From the NCBI RefSeq assembly GCF_046546535.1, contig NZ_JBKGTW010000009.1, forward strand, positions 30,529 through 62,528: a stretch of DNA of 32,000 nt, given 5' to 3'. The stretch's first letter is position 1, and each line of letters starts with the position of its first letter. Source of the DNA: Neisseria sp. WLZKY-1. GTDB lineage: Bacteria > Pseudomonadota > Gammaproteobacteria > Burkholderiales > Neisseriaceae. Positions 7,997 through 16,643 of this stretch are shown piece after piece. Made by a program: the position numbers and the translations under genes. The notes beneath the pieces were generated by a model that searched no databases, had not been told where the DNA came from, and saw nothing but the letters and a program-made list of their open reading frames with translations.

Positions 7997-10006
7997 GATG
8001 CCTTTTTTGCCCGCGCTTTTTTCAGCGAGCATGGCGCTGAGGCCGGCGAGGCGGCTGCGGCCTTCTTCTTTGCTGACGAGGGGGGTGCCGCCTTTGCGGC
8101 CGATGATGCGCAAATCTTCCTGCGGCATTTCGGCGATGAAGCGGCTGGGTTCGGGAAACTGCCATGTGCCCTGGCGTTTGCGTTTGGTGCAGTGGGTGAG
8201 GGTGAGGGTTTGTTTGGCGCGGGTGATACCGACGTACATCAGGCGGCGTTCTTCTTCGATGTTGCCTTCTTCGACGCTGTCGGCGTGGGGGAACAGACCT
8301 TCTTCGCAGCCGACGAGGTAGACGACGGGGTATTCGAGTCCTTTTGAGGCGTGGAGGGTGGACATTTTGACGGCATCGGTTTCTTCGTCTTCGCGGCCTT
8401 CGAGCAGGGTCATGAGGGCGAGGGTTTGCGCCAGTTCGAGGAGGTTTTTGCCGTCTTCTTCGCCTTTTTTCGCCAGCCAGCGGCACAAGTCCTGCACGTT
8501 GCGCCATTTGATTTCGCCGGCTTTGCCTTCTTCGCTGCCCAATAGGTGGGCTTCGTAGCCGATGTCGGCAAGCAGGTTTTGCATGAGGGCGCCGGCGTCT
8601 TCGTTTGCGGCGCGGCGGCGGTAGGTGTCGATAAGGTCGGTGAAGGCGGCGAGGCTTTGGCGGTTGCGCTCGGGCATGGGTTCGAGGGCAGCGGGGCTTT
8701 GTGCGGCGTCGCTGAGGCAGGCGGCATGGGATTTGGCGTAGTCGTTCAGACGGCCTAAGGTGGTGTCGCCGATGCCGCGTTTGGGGGTGGTGGCGGCGCG
8801 CAGGAAGGCGGGGTCGTCTTCGCGGTTGGCGATGAGGCGGATGTAGGAGAGGATGTCTTTGATTTCGGCTTTGTCGAAGAAGCTTTGGCCACCGGAGAGG
8901 CGGTAGGGAATGCGGGCGGCGCGCAGGGCTTCTTCGAAGACGCGTGCCTGGTGGTTGCCGCGATAAAGAATGGCGAAGTCGGTGTATTTCAGACGGCCTT
9001 CGGAGACGGTTTTGCGGCGGGCGATTTCGCCGGCAACCCATTCGGCTTCGTGTTGTTCGTTTTGGCAGGCGGCGACGGTGACGATGTCGCCCATGCCGTA
9101 GTGCGACCACAGGGTTTTGGGGAAGAGTTTGGGGTTGTTTTGGATGACTTGGTTGGCGACTTTGAGGATGCGGGCGGTGGAGCGGTAGTTTTGTTCGAGT
9201 TTGACGATTTTGATTTGCGGGTAGTCGCTTTGCAGGCGGCGCAGGTTTTCCATGTCGGCGCCGCGCCAGGCATAGATGGACTGGTCGTCGTCGCCGACGG
9301 CGGTAAACATGCCTTCGGCGCCGCAGAGCAGGCGCATGAGGGCGTATTGGCAGGTGTTGGTGTCCTGGCATTCGTCGATGAGCAGGTAGCGCAGGCGGTT
9401 TTGCCAGCGCAGGCGGATGTCGTCGGAGTCGCGCAGCAGCAGGGCTGGCAGGCGGATGAGGTCGTCGAAGTCGACGGCCTGGTAGCTGTGCAGGGTTTGC
9501 GCGTATGAGGCGTAAAGCCGGGCAATTTGTTTTTCCCAGTTGTTGTCGGCGGCCTGCACGGCCTGTTCGGGGGTTTGCAGGTCGTTTTTCCACAGGGAGA
9601 TTTGGTGTTGGGCGGAGAAGATTTGTTCGCGGCCGCTGCTGCCGAGCAGTTCGCCGATGATTTTCGCGCTGTCGGAGGCGTCGAGGATGGAGAAGTTTTT
9701 TTTCAAACCGGCGTGCGCGGCTTCTTCGCGCAGGATTTTCATTCCTAGGGAGTGGAAGGTGGAGACGGTGAGGCCGCGCGTTTCGCTGCGGCCGAGCATG
9801 GCGGCGACGCGCTCCTGCATTTCGCGCGCGGCTTTGTTGGTGAAGGTGATGGCGGCGATGTGGCGGGGGGAGTAGCCCGCGTTGCGTATCATGTGGGCGA
9901 TTTTTTCGGTGATGACGCGGGTTTTGCCGCTGCCTGCGCCGGCGAGGACGAAAAGGGGGCCGCCGAGATAGCGCACGGCTTCCTGTTGCTGGGGGTTGAG
10001 CTGCAT
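7994..10006 (-). CDS. rep: ATP-dependent DNA helicase Rep (UvrD/Rep SF1 family)
   Basis: The 670-aa product begins MQLNPQQQEAVRYLGGPLFVLAGAGSGKTRVITEKIAHMIRNAGYSPRHIAAITFTNKAAREMQERV. This is near-colinear with the E. coli Rep N-terminus, and the length is also Rep-like. Confidence 0.9.
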   Translation of the reverse strand: MQLNPQQQEAVRYLGGPLFVLAGAGSGKTRVITEKIAHMIRNAGYSPRHIAAITFTNKAAREMQERVAAMLGRSETRGLTVSTFHSLGMKILREEAAHAGLKKNFSILDASDSAKIIGELLGSSGREQIFSAQHQISLWKNDLQTPEQAVQAADNNWEKQIARLYASYAQTLHSYQAVDFDDLIRLPALLLRDSDDIRLRWQNRLRYLLIDECQDTNTCQYALMRLLCGAEGMFTAVGDDDQSIYAWRGADMENLRRLQSDYPQIKIVKLEQNYRSTARILKVANQVIQNNPKLFPKTLWSHYGMGDIVTVAACQNEQHEAEWVAGEIARRKTVSEGRLKYTDFAILYRGNHQARVFEEALRAARIPYRLSGGQSFFDKAEIKDILSYIRLIANREDDPAFLRAATTPKRGIGDTTLGRLNDYAKSHAACLSDAAQSPAALEPMPERNRQSLAAFTDLIDTYRRRAANEDAGALMQNLLADIGYEAHLLGSEEGKAGEIKWRNVQDLCRWLAKKGEEDGKNLLELAQTLALMTLLEGREDEETDAVKMSTLHASKGLEYPVVYLVGCEEGLFPHADSVEEGNIEEERRLMYVGITRAKQTLTLTHCTKRKRQGTWQFPEPSRFIAEMPQEDLRIIGRKGGTPLVSKEEGRSRLAGLSAMLAEKSAGKKGI

Positions 10007-10075
10007 GGTGTGGGGCCGTCTGAAAGGTCGGGAAACGGGATGGGGAAGGGGGCGGATTATAGCGGCTGCGGCGGA

Positions 10076-10102
10076 GGCCGTCTGAAAACCTTTCAGACGG
10101 CC
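10076..10102. repeat. Inverted DUS pair hairpin between rbbA and rep
   Basis: The sequence is ggccgtctgaaaacctttcagacggcc. The T-run follows on the plus strand only, so a terminator role for rbbA is uncertain. Confidence 0.6.
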
Positions 10103-10141
10103 TTTTTGCTGCGGAAGGCCGTCTGAAAGGGGGCAAGGAGG

Positions 10142-12910
10142 CTATTTTTCCTGTTTTTTCAACAGCAGGCAGGACAGGGCGATGCAGCCTGCGGCAAAGG
10201 CGGAGATGGCGGCGTATTGCGGCAGCAGGTCGCGCAGGCCGAGGCCTTTGGCGAAAGTGCCGAGGCTGACGGTGAGATACCACGAGGCGGGGAAGGTTTT
10301 GCCGATGGCGTAGCCGCCGCCGGAGAGGGTGGACATGGGGTAGAGGAAGCCCGAGTAGTTCATGGCGGGAATCATGGCGATGATGGAGGCGGCGAAGAGG
10401 GCGGCAAGCTGTGATCTGACGAAGCAGGACACCAGCAGCCCCATGGCGGTGGAGGCGGCGGCCATCAGCAGCGTGCCGAGGGCGAGGGCGGCGAAGCTGC
10501 CTTTGAGCGGCACGCCGAACCACAGCAGCATCATGAGCATCATGGCGGCGAAGTTGACCATGCCGACGGCGATGTAGGGCAGTTGTTTGCCGATCAGATA
10601 TTGCGCGGCGGTGGCGGGCGAGGCGTAGAAGTTGGCAATCGAGCCGGTTTCGCGTTCGCGCACGACGCCGACGGCGGCCATCATGGCGGGGATCATCATC
10701 AGCACCATCATCATCACGCCGGGGGCGATGGCGTTGATGCTGTCGAAGTCTTGGTTGTACATGAAGCGGGGTTCGACGGCGGCGGGGGCTTCGAGGGAAA
10801 TGGGCAGGCCGGTGGCGGCGATGCGGTCTTTGCCGTAGGCGGCGAGCAGGCCGAGGATGTAGCCGCGCGTGGTGGTGGCGTTGAAGGGCATGGCGCCGTC
10901 GATGTAGAAGCCGACTTCGGGCGCGCGGCCGCGTTCGAGTTCGCGGCCGAAACCGCTTGGGATGTCGATGACGAGGACGGCGCGCGAGCTTTGCAGGACG
11001 GTGTCGATTTCGTCGGCGCTGCGTATCGGCGGCTGTTCGGCGAAGTAGGGCGAACCGGCGAAGTATTCGGCCAGTTGGCGGCTTTGCGCGGATTGGTCTT
11101 GGTCGTAGACGGCGTATTTGAGGTTTTGCACGTCGAAGGACACGCCCCAGGAGACGGCGGCCATCATGATGAGCGGGCCGAATACGGCGAAGAAGAGGCG
11201 GATGCGGTCGCGCAGCAGCTCCTTGGCCTCGCGCACGGCAAAGGTGCGCACCATGGAAAACCAGTATCGGAAAGAGGTGGTGTCGAATTTCGGCGTTTCA
11301 GACGGCCTTTCTGCCTGTTCCGAAACCACGTTTTCAGACAGCCTGTCCGCTTCGAGGCCGTCTGAAACCTTTTCCCCGCCGCCATCTTCCGCTTCCGCAT
11401 CAATCAGATACCGCACAAACGCCTCTTCCAAATCGGGGGCATGGCGGCGCTGCACCAGCTCCTGCGGCGTGCCGACGGCCAGCACGCGGCCTTTGTGCAT
11501 AAAGGAAATGCGGTCGCAGCGCCCGGCCTCGTTCATAAAGTGGGTGGACACGAAAATGGTGATTTTGTCCTGCCGCGACAGTTTCAGCAGATGCCGCCAG
11601 AACATATCGCGGGCGGCGGGATCGACGCCCGAGGTCGGCTCGTCGAGAATCAGGATTTCGGGGTGGTGCAGGCATGCGGCGGCCAGCTGCAGGCGCTGGC
11701 GGATGCCCAAGGGCAGCGAGGCGGGCGCGGTATCGGCCACCCCGGCCAGGTCGAACTGTTCGAGCGCTTCGGCCACCGCCGCCGCGCCCCTGTCGCCCAT
11801 ATCGTAAAGCTCGGCGTGCAGTTGCAGGTTTTGCCGCACGCTCAATTCTTCATACAACGAAAACGCCTGCGACATATAACCGACGCGCATTTTGGTTTCG
11901 ATGCCGCCCGCACTGGCCGGCCGCCCCAAAATCTCTGCCGTGCCCTCGGTGGCTTCCAACAGGCCGGTAAGCATTTTCATGGTGGTGGACTTGCCGCAGC
12001 CGTTGCTGCCCAAAAAGCCGAAAATCTCGCCCTTTTGGATGGTGAAACTCACATGGTCGACGGCGGTGAAACTGCCGAAACGCTTGGTCAGCCCGTGCGC
12101 CTCCATCGCGGGCGGCGCGTCGGGCACGGGTACAAAGGGCGTGAGTTCCAAGCCGCCCGAGCCCTGCTGTTTTTCCGGCGGCAGCATTTTGATATAGGCT
12201 TCTTCGAGATTGTCCGCGCCGTATTCGCGCAACACCTCGGCGGTGGGCTTGTTTTCCAGCAGCCGCCCCGCATCCATCGCCAACAGCCGTTCAAACTGCT
12301 GCGCCTCTTCGATATAGGCGGTGGCGACAATCACCGTCATGCCCGCGTGTTCCTGCCGCAAGTCGTCCACCAAAGCCCAAAACTGGCGGCGCGAGAGCGG
12401 GTCAACACCTGTGGTCGGCTCGTCCAGAATCAGCAAATCGGGGCTGTGCACCAGCGCGCAGCACAGGCTGGCCTTCTGCTTCATCCCGCCCGAGAGCTTG
12501 CCCGCCGCACGATCCACAAACGGCAGCAGCCCCGTGGCCTCGGTGAGCCGACGGATGCGCTCCTGCCGCTGTTTGGCGTTCAGGCCGAACATCCGCGCAT
12601 GGAAATCGATGTTTTCGGCCACGGTGAGCGTGGGATAAAGATTGCGCCCCAAACCCTGCGGCATAAAGGCCACGCGGTGCGACATTTCCCGCCGCACGTT
12701 TTTGTCGGCCATATCGCCGCCGAGCACTTCCACCCGCCCGCCCTGAATCACGCGCACGCCCGCCACCAGCGAGAGCAGCGTCGATTTGCCCACGCCGTCC
12801 GGCCCGATCAGGCCGACCGTGATGCCGCGCGGAATGTCGAGCGACACATCGTCGAGGGCTTGGGTTTTGCCGAAACGGTGGGAGAGACGGGAAATGGAAA
12901 CGGCATTCAT
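10142..12910 (-). CDS. rbbA: Ribosome-associated ATPase / ABC transporter fusion RbbA (two ATP-binding domains plus an ABC-2 permease)
   Basis: The 922-aa product carries two Walker A motifs (GPDGVGKST, GSNGCGKST), two LSGG signatures and a C-terminal multi-TM domain. The N-terminus is highly similar to E. coli RbbA/YhiH. Confidence 0.85.
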   Translation of the reverse strand: MNAVSISRLSHRFGKTQALDDVSLDIPRGITVGLIGPDGVGKSTLLSLVAGVRVIQGGRVEVLGGDMADKNVRREMSHRVAFMPQGLGRNLYPTLTVAENIDFHARMFGLNAKQRQERIRRLTEATGLLPFVDRAAGKLSGGMKQKASLCCALVHSPDLLILDEPTTGVDPLSRRQFWALVDDLRQEHAGMTVIVATAYIEEAQQFERLLAMDAGRLLENKPTAEVLREYGADNLEEAYIKMLPPEKQQGSGGLELTPFVPVPDAPPAMEAHGLTKRFGSFTAVDHVSFTIQKGEIFGFLGSNGCGKSTTMKMLTGLLEATEGTAEILGRPASAGGIETKMRVGYMSQAFSLYEELSVRQNLQLHAELYDMGDRGAAAVAEALEQFDLAGVADTAPASLPLGIRQRLQLAAACLHHPEILILDEPTSGVDPAARDMFWRHLLKLSRQDKITIFVSTHFMNEAGRCDRISFMHKGRVLAVGTPQELVQRRHAPDLEEAFVRYLIDAEAEDGGGEKVSDGLEADRLSENVVSEQAERPSETPKFDTTSFRYWFSMVRTFAVREAKELLRDRIRLFFAVFGPLIMMAAVSWGVSFDVQNLKYAVYDQDQSAQSRQLAEYFAGSPYFAEQPPIRSADEIDTVLQSSRAVLVIDIPSGFGRELERGRAPEVGFYIDGAMPFNATTTRGYILGLLAAYGKDRIAATGLPISLEAPAAVEPRFMYNQDFDSINAIAPGVMMMVLMMIPAMMAAVGVVRERETGSIANFYASPATAAQYLIGKQLPYIAVGMVNFAAMMLMMLLWFGVPLKGSFAALALGTLLMAAASTAMGLLVSCFVRSQLAALFAASIIAMIPAMNYSGFLYPMSTLSGGGYAIGKTFPASWYLTVSLGTFAKGLGLRDLLPQYAAISAFAAGCIALSCLLLKKQEK

Positions 12911-13062
12911 GGGAAAACTTTACAGGGGAGGATTTTTCGGAAAGGGCGGCCTGTTTGAGGCCGTCTGAAAAAGCGGCGTGCGCTGCACGGCCTTTATAGC
13001 GAAAAAAACGCGCCGAGCCAACCGCCGCGCCGCTGCGGCGGCAAAAGGCGGCGCGGCAAAGG

Positions 13063-13103
13063 AAAAAGGCCGTCTGAAAACGCGGGAGGGTTTTCAGACG
13101 GCC
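13063..13103 (-). terminator. Inverted DUS pair hairpin with a T-run on the minus strand (gshA terminator)
   Basis: The sequence aaaaaggccgtctgaaaacgcgggagggttttcagacggcc lies about 20 nt downstream of the gshA stop. Confidence 0.7.
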
Positions 13104-13121
13104 TCTGCCGTAGCGGCGGCA

Positions 13122-14471
13122 TCAGGCGGTTTGTTCGAGTTCGACGGCGGCGGCCAAGAGCGACAGACGCGCCATCACGCCGTAGACATAGAGGCGGTTG
13201 CAGCCGCAGTCGGGGTCGGCGGCGTTGGTTTGCGGCACGCCCAATTCCTGCCACTGCTCGAACACGCGCTTGTTCGGTTCGTCGTCCTGCTCCTGCGCGC
13301 CGCCGTCTTCGGCAACGGGGATGATGTGGTTGAGCTGGACGAAGGACATACCGGTGGCGTTGAGGTTTTCGTCGGCGGCGCGGCCTTCGTGGACGCGGAA
13401 GAAGCCGCCGACAACAAAGCGGTCGATCATGTACACCACGGGTTCGGACACCGAGCCGTTGACGGTTTCGTAGGTGTAAATGCCTTCCTGCACAATGACC
13501 TCGCTCACTTCCAGGCCTTCTTTGATTTTCGCCATTTTGTTGCGGTTTTTACGGTTGAGGCCGCGCACTTCGTCGGCGGATTTGACGCTCATCACGCCCA
13601 TGCCGTAAGTACCCGCGTCGGCTTTGACGATCACAAAGGGTTGGTCGGTGATGCCTTTTTCGTCGTATTTCGCCTGTATTTTCGCCAACATTCTGTCCAC
13701 AGCCTCGGCCAGCGCGTCTTCGCCCTCGCGCTCTTGGAAGTTGAGGCCGGAAATCTGCTCGAAGTAGGGATTGATCTGCCATTCGTCGAGCCCCACCAGT
13801 TCGGCAAACTCGGCGGCGATGTGGTTGTAGGCGGCGAAATGGGCGGTTTTGCGCCGCGTCGTCCAACCGCCGTGCAGCGGCGGCAGCACGGTTTGGCTGA
13901 TGTCTTTGAGGATGTCGGGCACGCCAGCGGAGAGATCGTTGTTGAGCAGGATGAGGCAGGGCGAGAAGCCGTCGGCCAGATGGACGCGGCCGCGCGTGCG
14001 TTGCAGCGGCTCGAGGGTGATGGTGTCGCCGAGGGCGGTGGTGAATTCCGTGGGTGCGGTGATTTCGGGGTTGAGGCTGCCTAGGCGCACTTCAAAGCCT
14101 GCGGTGCGCAGGATGGTGCTGAGGGCATGGACGTTTTGCAGGTAGAAGGTGTTGCGGGTGTGGTTTTCGGGCACGATGAGCACGGATTTGGCCTGCGGGC
14201 AGGCGCGCTCCACTGCGTCTTGGGCGGCATGGGCGGCGAGTTGGACGAATTGGGGGTTGAGGTTGTTGAAGCCGCCGGGGAAAAGGTTCATGTCGATGGA
14301 GGCCATTTTGTAACCGGCGTTGCGGATGTCGACCGAGCCGTAAAAGGGCGGGGTGTGCTCTTTCCATTTGGCGCGGAACCAGGCTTCGATCTGCGGCTGT
14401 TTGGCCAGGATTTTGCGCTCGAAGGCCTGGAGTTCGCTCAGATATGTTTCGGACATCACGGCTAGGGGCAT
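13122..14471 (-). CDS. gshA: Glutamate--cysteine ligase (proteobacterial GshA, T. ferrooxidans-type family)
   Basis: The 449-aa product contains YGSVDIRNAGYKMASIDMNLFPGGFNNL, which is typical of this GshA family, and the size matches neisserial gshA. An alternative ATG lies at 14456. Confidence 0.8.
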   Translation of the reverse strand: MPLAVMSETYLSELQAFERKILAKQPQIEAWFRAKWKEHTPPFYGSVDIRNAGYKMASIDMNLFPGGFNNLNPQFVQLAAHAAQDAVERACPQAKSVLIVPENHTRNTFYLQNVHALSTILRTAGFEVRLGSLNPEITAPTEFTTALGDTITLEPLQRTRGRVHLADGFSPCLILLNNDLSAGVPDILKDISQTVLPPLHGGWTTRRKTAHFAAYNHIAAEFAELVGLDEWQINPYFEQISGLNFQEREGEDALAEAVDRMLAKIQAKYDEKGITDQPFVIVKADAGTYGMGVMSVKSADEVRGLNRKNRNKMAKIKEGLEVSEVIVQEGIYTYETVNGSVSEPVVYMIDRFVVGGFFRVHEGRAADENLNATGMSFVQLNHIIPVAEDGGAQEQDDEPNKRVFEQWQELGVPQTNAADPDCGCNRLYVYGVMARLSLLAAAVELEQTA

Positions 14472-14576
14472 TTCGTTTACCTGTCTGCTGGATTGAAAAT
14501 CCGCGCATGATAGGGTTTTCAGACGGCCTGTACAAGTAACGCCCGTTTTTATCCTTATTGCCTGAAGTTATTTGCA

Positions 14577-14633
14577 GGCCGCTCCCGCCTATACCCCTTC
14601 GGGGCATAAACGCGGGAACGACGTTTCCGAAAA
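14577..14633 (+). repeat. ~56-bp intergenic repeat, copy R1 (RS/dRS3-like flavour: GTC(A/G)TTCCCGCG on the minus strand)
   Basis: R1 reads ggccgctcccgcctataccccttcggggcataaacgcgggaacgacgtttccgaaa. It is nearly identical to R2 at 15430..15484 and in the same orientation. Confidence 0.8.
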
Positions 14634-14681
14634 GCACGTCTGCAACGCCTTTAAAAGCGGCGGGCGGGTTTTCAGACGGCC

Positions 14682-15348
14682 TCACGCCTGTTCCTGTTCC
14701 AAGAGATCGTAACACTTCGGCGGCAGGCTAATGTTTTTCAGCGGGCGGCAGCGCAGCAGCGTTTGAAGGGCGCGGACGTCGGTCAGGCTGCGGGGGTGGC
14801 TGATATCGAGTGTTTCCAGCGATGCCATGCCCTCTATGCCGTCCAGCGAGCGCAGCGACGGGCGCACCAGCATCAGATCTTTCAGCGCGGCCAATCCGCC
14901 CAAGCCGTGCAGGTCTTTTTCTTTAATATGACCAGAGATGCAGCCGTTCCAACTTCTCCGCCGCGCCGATATTGCGCACGGCAGGCGAATATACGCAGCG
15001 CAGGTCTTTCAGGGCGGCAAGGCGGGAAATATCGATGTCGAGCGGCTGTTCGAGTATCAGCACGGCCAGCTGCGGCAGGCTGTACAGAACATCGGTACGG
15101 CAGACGGCGGACACGGCAAAATCGTCCAGCATCAGCTGCGGCAGCTCGGGATAGCGTTCGAGCGGCGAAAAATCAAGCGTTGCCGGCAACCCGGCCGCAG
15201 GCACGGGCGCAAACAGCGCGCTGAGCCTGCCGCTTATCCGTATGCCGCAGCGGCGGGTGCGGGCATGGCGCACGGCTTTGGCCAGATGTCCGGGCAACAC
15301 TTCGACCATGTCGATATGTTTGTTGTAGCCCCAGGGTTCCTGCATCAA
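14682..15348 (-). pseudogene. Leucine-rich-repeat protein, apparently split by a 1-nt frameshift
   Basis: The 141-aa ORF (14923..15348) and the 73-aa ORF (14682..14903) both show LxxLxxLxL periodicity. The downstream frame stays open upstream past the TAA of the first ORF (...LERLHL / SGHIKEKDLHGLGGLAALKDL...), so one LRR protein of about 220 aa is restored by a frameshift near 14905..14960. Confidence 0.6.
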
Positions 15349-15360
15349 GATTTCCTTATG

Positions 15361-15409
15361 TAAAAGGCCGTCTGAAGTGAAACGCCTATTTTGCGGTTTT
15401 CAGACGGCC
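15361..15409 (-). terminator. Inverted DUS pair hairpin with a T-run on the minus strand (nadE terminator)
   Basis: The sequence is aaaaggccgtctgaagtgaaacgcctattttgcggttttcagacggcc. Confidence 0.6.
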
Positions 15410-15429
15410 TGTCGTGTGTCCGTCAGAAA

Positions 15430-15484
15430 GGCCGTTGCCGCCTATACCCCTTCGGGACATAACGCGGGAATGACGTTTCTGAAA
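15430..15484 (+). repeat. ~56-bp intergenic repeat, copy R2
   Basis: R2 reads ggccgttgccgcctataccccttcgggacataacgcgggaatgacgtttctgaaa and abuts the nadE stop codon at 15486. Confidence 0.8.
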
Positions 15485-15485
15485 C

Positions 15486-16280
15486 TCAGGCCAGCATTTG
15501 CGGCGGGATTTCGCACACGGGTATCGGGCGGATTTTGTGCTGGGCGGCGCGGTTGAGGCGGGTGTAGATGTCGAACACTTCCTGCTCGCGGCCGGAAAAA
15601 TCGTCGCGCGTTTTGCCCGCTTCGGCGGCGGCCATGGCGCGTTCGAGTTCGGGATAACTCGCGCCCATCTGCGCTTCGTCGGTGCGCTCGGTGTCCCACA
15701 GGCCGTCGGTCGGCACGGCTTGGCGGATGGCGGGCAGGATGTCAAGGTGGTCAGCCAGTTCGTACACCTGCGTTTTGGTGAGGCCGGCTATCGGGCTGAG
15801 GTCGACGCCGCCGTCGCCGTATTTGGTGAAGAAGCCGACGCCGAAATCTTCGATTTTGTTGCCCGTACCCGCCACGAGCAGGCCGTTGATTTGCGCGTAG
15901 TAATAGAGGGTGAGCATACGCAGGCGGGCGCGGCTGTTGGCAAGGGCGAGCTGCTTGGCGGGGTATTCGGCTTCGTCTACGTTGACGGTGTCGGCAAACA
16001 GGTTAAACGTGGGCGTGAGGTCGGCGCGCAGGCTTTTGACGTTGGCAAACGCGCTTTGCAGGCGCGCGATATGCTCCTGCGCGCGGCTGACCTGGTCGGC
16101 CTGCTGGCGGATGGGCATTTCCAGCAGCAGAACGTTGAGGCCGCTGCGGGCGGCGAGGGCGGAGACGACGGCGGAATCGACGCCGCCGGAAATGCCGACG
16201 GCAAAGCCTTTGGCGCGGGCGGAGGCGGCGTAGTCCTGTAGCCAGCGGACAATGTGTCCGGCTACGGCTTGTGTTTGCAT
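15486..16280 (-). CDS. nadE: Ammonia-dependent NAD+ synthetase NadE
   Basis: From the ATG at 16280 the product reads MQTQAVAGHIVRWLQDYAASARAKGFAVGISGGVDSAVVSALAA..., containing the SGGxDS PP-loop. The 13 upstream codons of the ORF run into a DUS and the MITE. Confidence 0.9.
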   Translation of the reverse strand: MQTQAVAGHIVRWLQDYAASARAKGFAVGISGGVDSAVVSALAARSGLNVLLLEMPIRQQADQVSRAQEHIARLQSAFANVKSLRADLTPTFNLFADTVNVDEAEYPAKQLALANSRARLRMLTLYYYAQINGLLVAGTGNKIEDFGVGFFTKYGDGGVDLSPIAGLTKTQVYELADHLDILPAIRQAVPTDGLWDTERTDEAQMGASYPELERAMAAAEAGKTRDDFSGREQEVFDIYTRLNRAAQHKIRPIPVCEIPPQMLA

Positions 16281-16303
16281 GGAAAATCCTTTTTCAGACG
16301 GCC

Positions 16304-16332
16304 TAGGGCGTGTTGACAATCAACACGCCCTA
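16304..16332. repeat. 29-bp perfect palindrome built from two MITE-type termini (TIR-only mini element)
   Basis: The sequence is tagggcgtgttgaca-a-tcaacacgcccta. It shares its last TA with the first TA of MITE copy 3. Confidence 0.75.
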
Positions 16333-16495
16333 GGGGCTGTTGACATTCAGCTTGCGAAGCGGTTTTTTGAGGAAAAATTCGCGGATGCAAGGAAAAAAGC
16401 ACAGCAAGATTGGACATCTTGCGAGCATTTTTGACGCGGCAGGCGCGGATTTTTACCAAAAACACCGCCGCAAGGCTGATTGTCAACAGACCCTA
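16331..16495 (-). mobile_element. 165-bp MITE-like element, copy 3 (inverted relative to copies 1 and 2)
   Basis: Its reverse complement differs from copy 2 at a single position. It sits in the nadE/AEC divergent intergenic region. Confidence 0.85.
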
Positions 16496-16643
16496 GGGGC
16501 AGGGGAGGGCGGGAAAACGGGCGGCACTATAACCCGCGCCTGCGGGCTTTACAATCCGAAAGCGGGGCAGGGCGGTTTCAGACGGCCTGCCGCTTCTGCT
16601 AGAATCCGCGCTTTCCGTTTTCACCGCACGAACCGAGACCGCC

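Noticed and set aside
8022-10523. An 833-aa ORF on the minus strand spanning rep and the end of rbbA.
   Set aside because: Its composition is extremely Arg/Pro-rich and low-complexity. It lies in an alternative frame overlapping the well-supported rep gene and part of rbbA. This is a typical shadow ORF of GC-rich DNA.
10142-12910. rbbA without the yhiI (HlyD-like) and yhhJ (ABC-2 permease) partners that flank it in E. coli.
   Set aside because: The fused permease domain is present. Gene order differs widely between lineages, and the partners could be elsewhere. I do not consider this anomalous without genome context.
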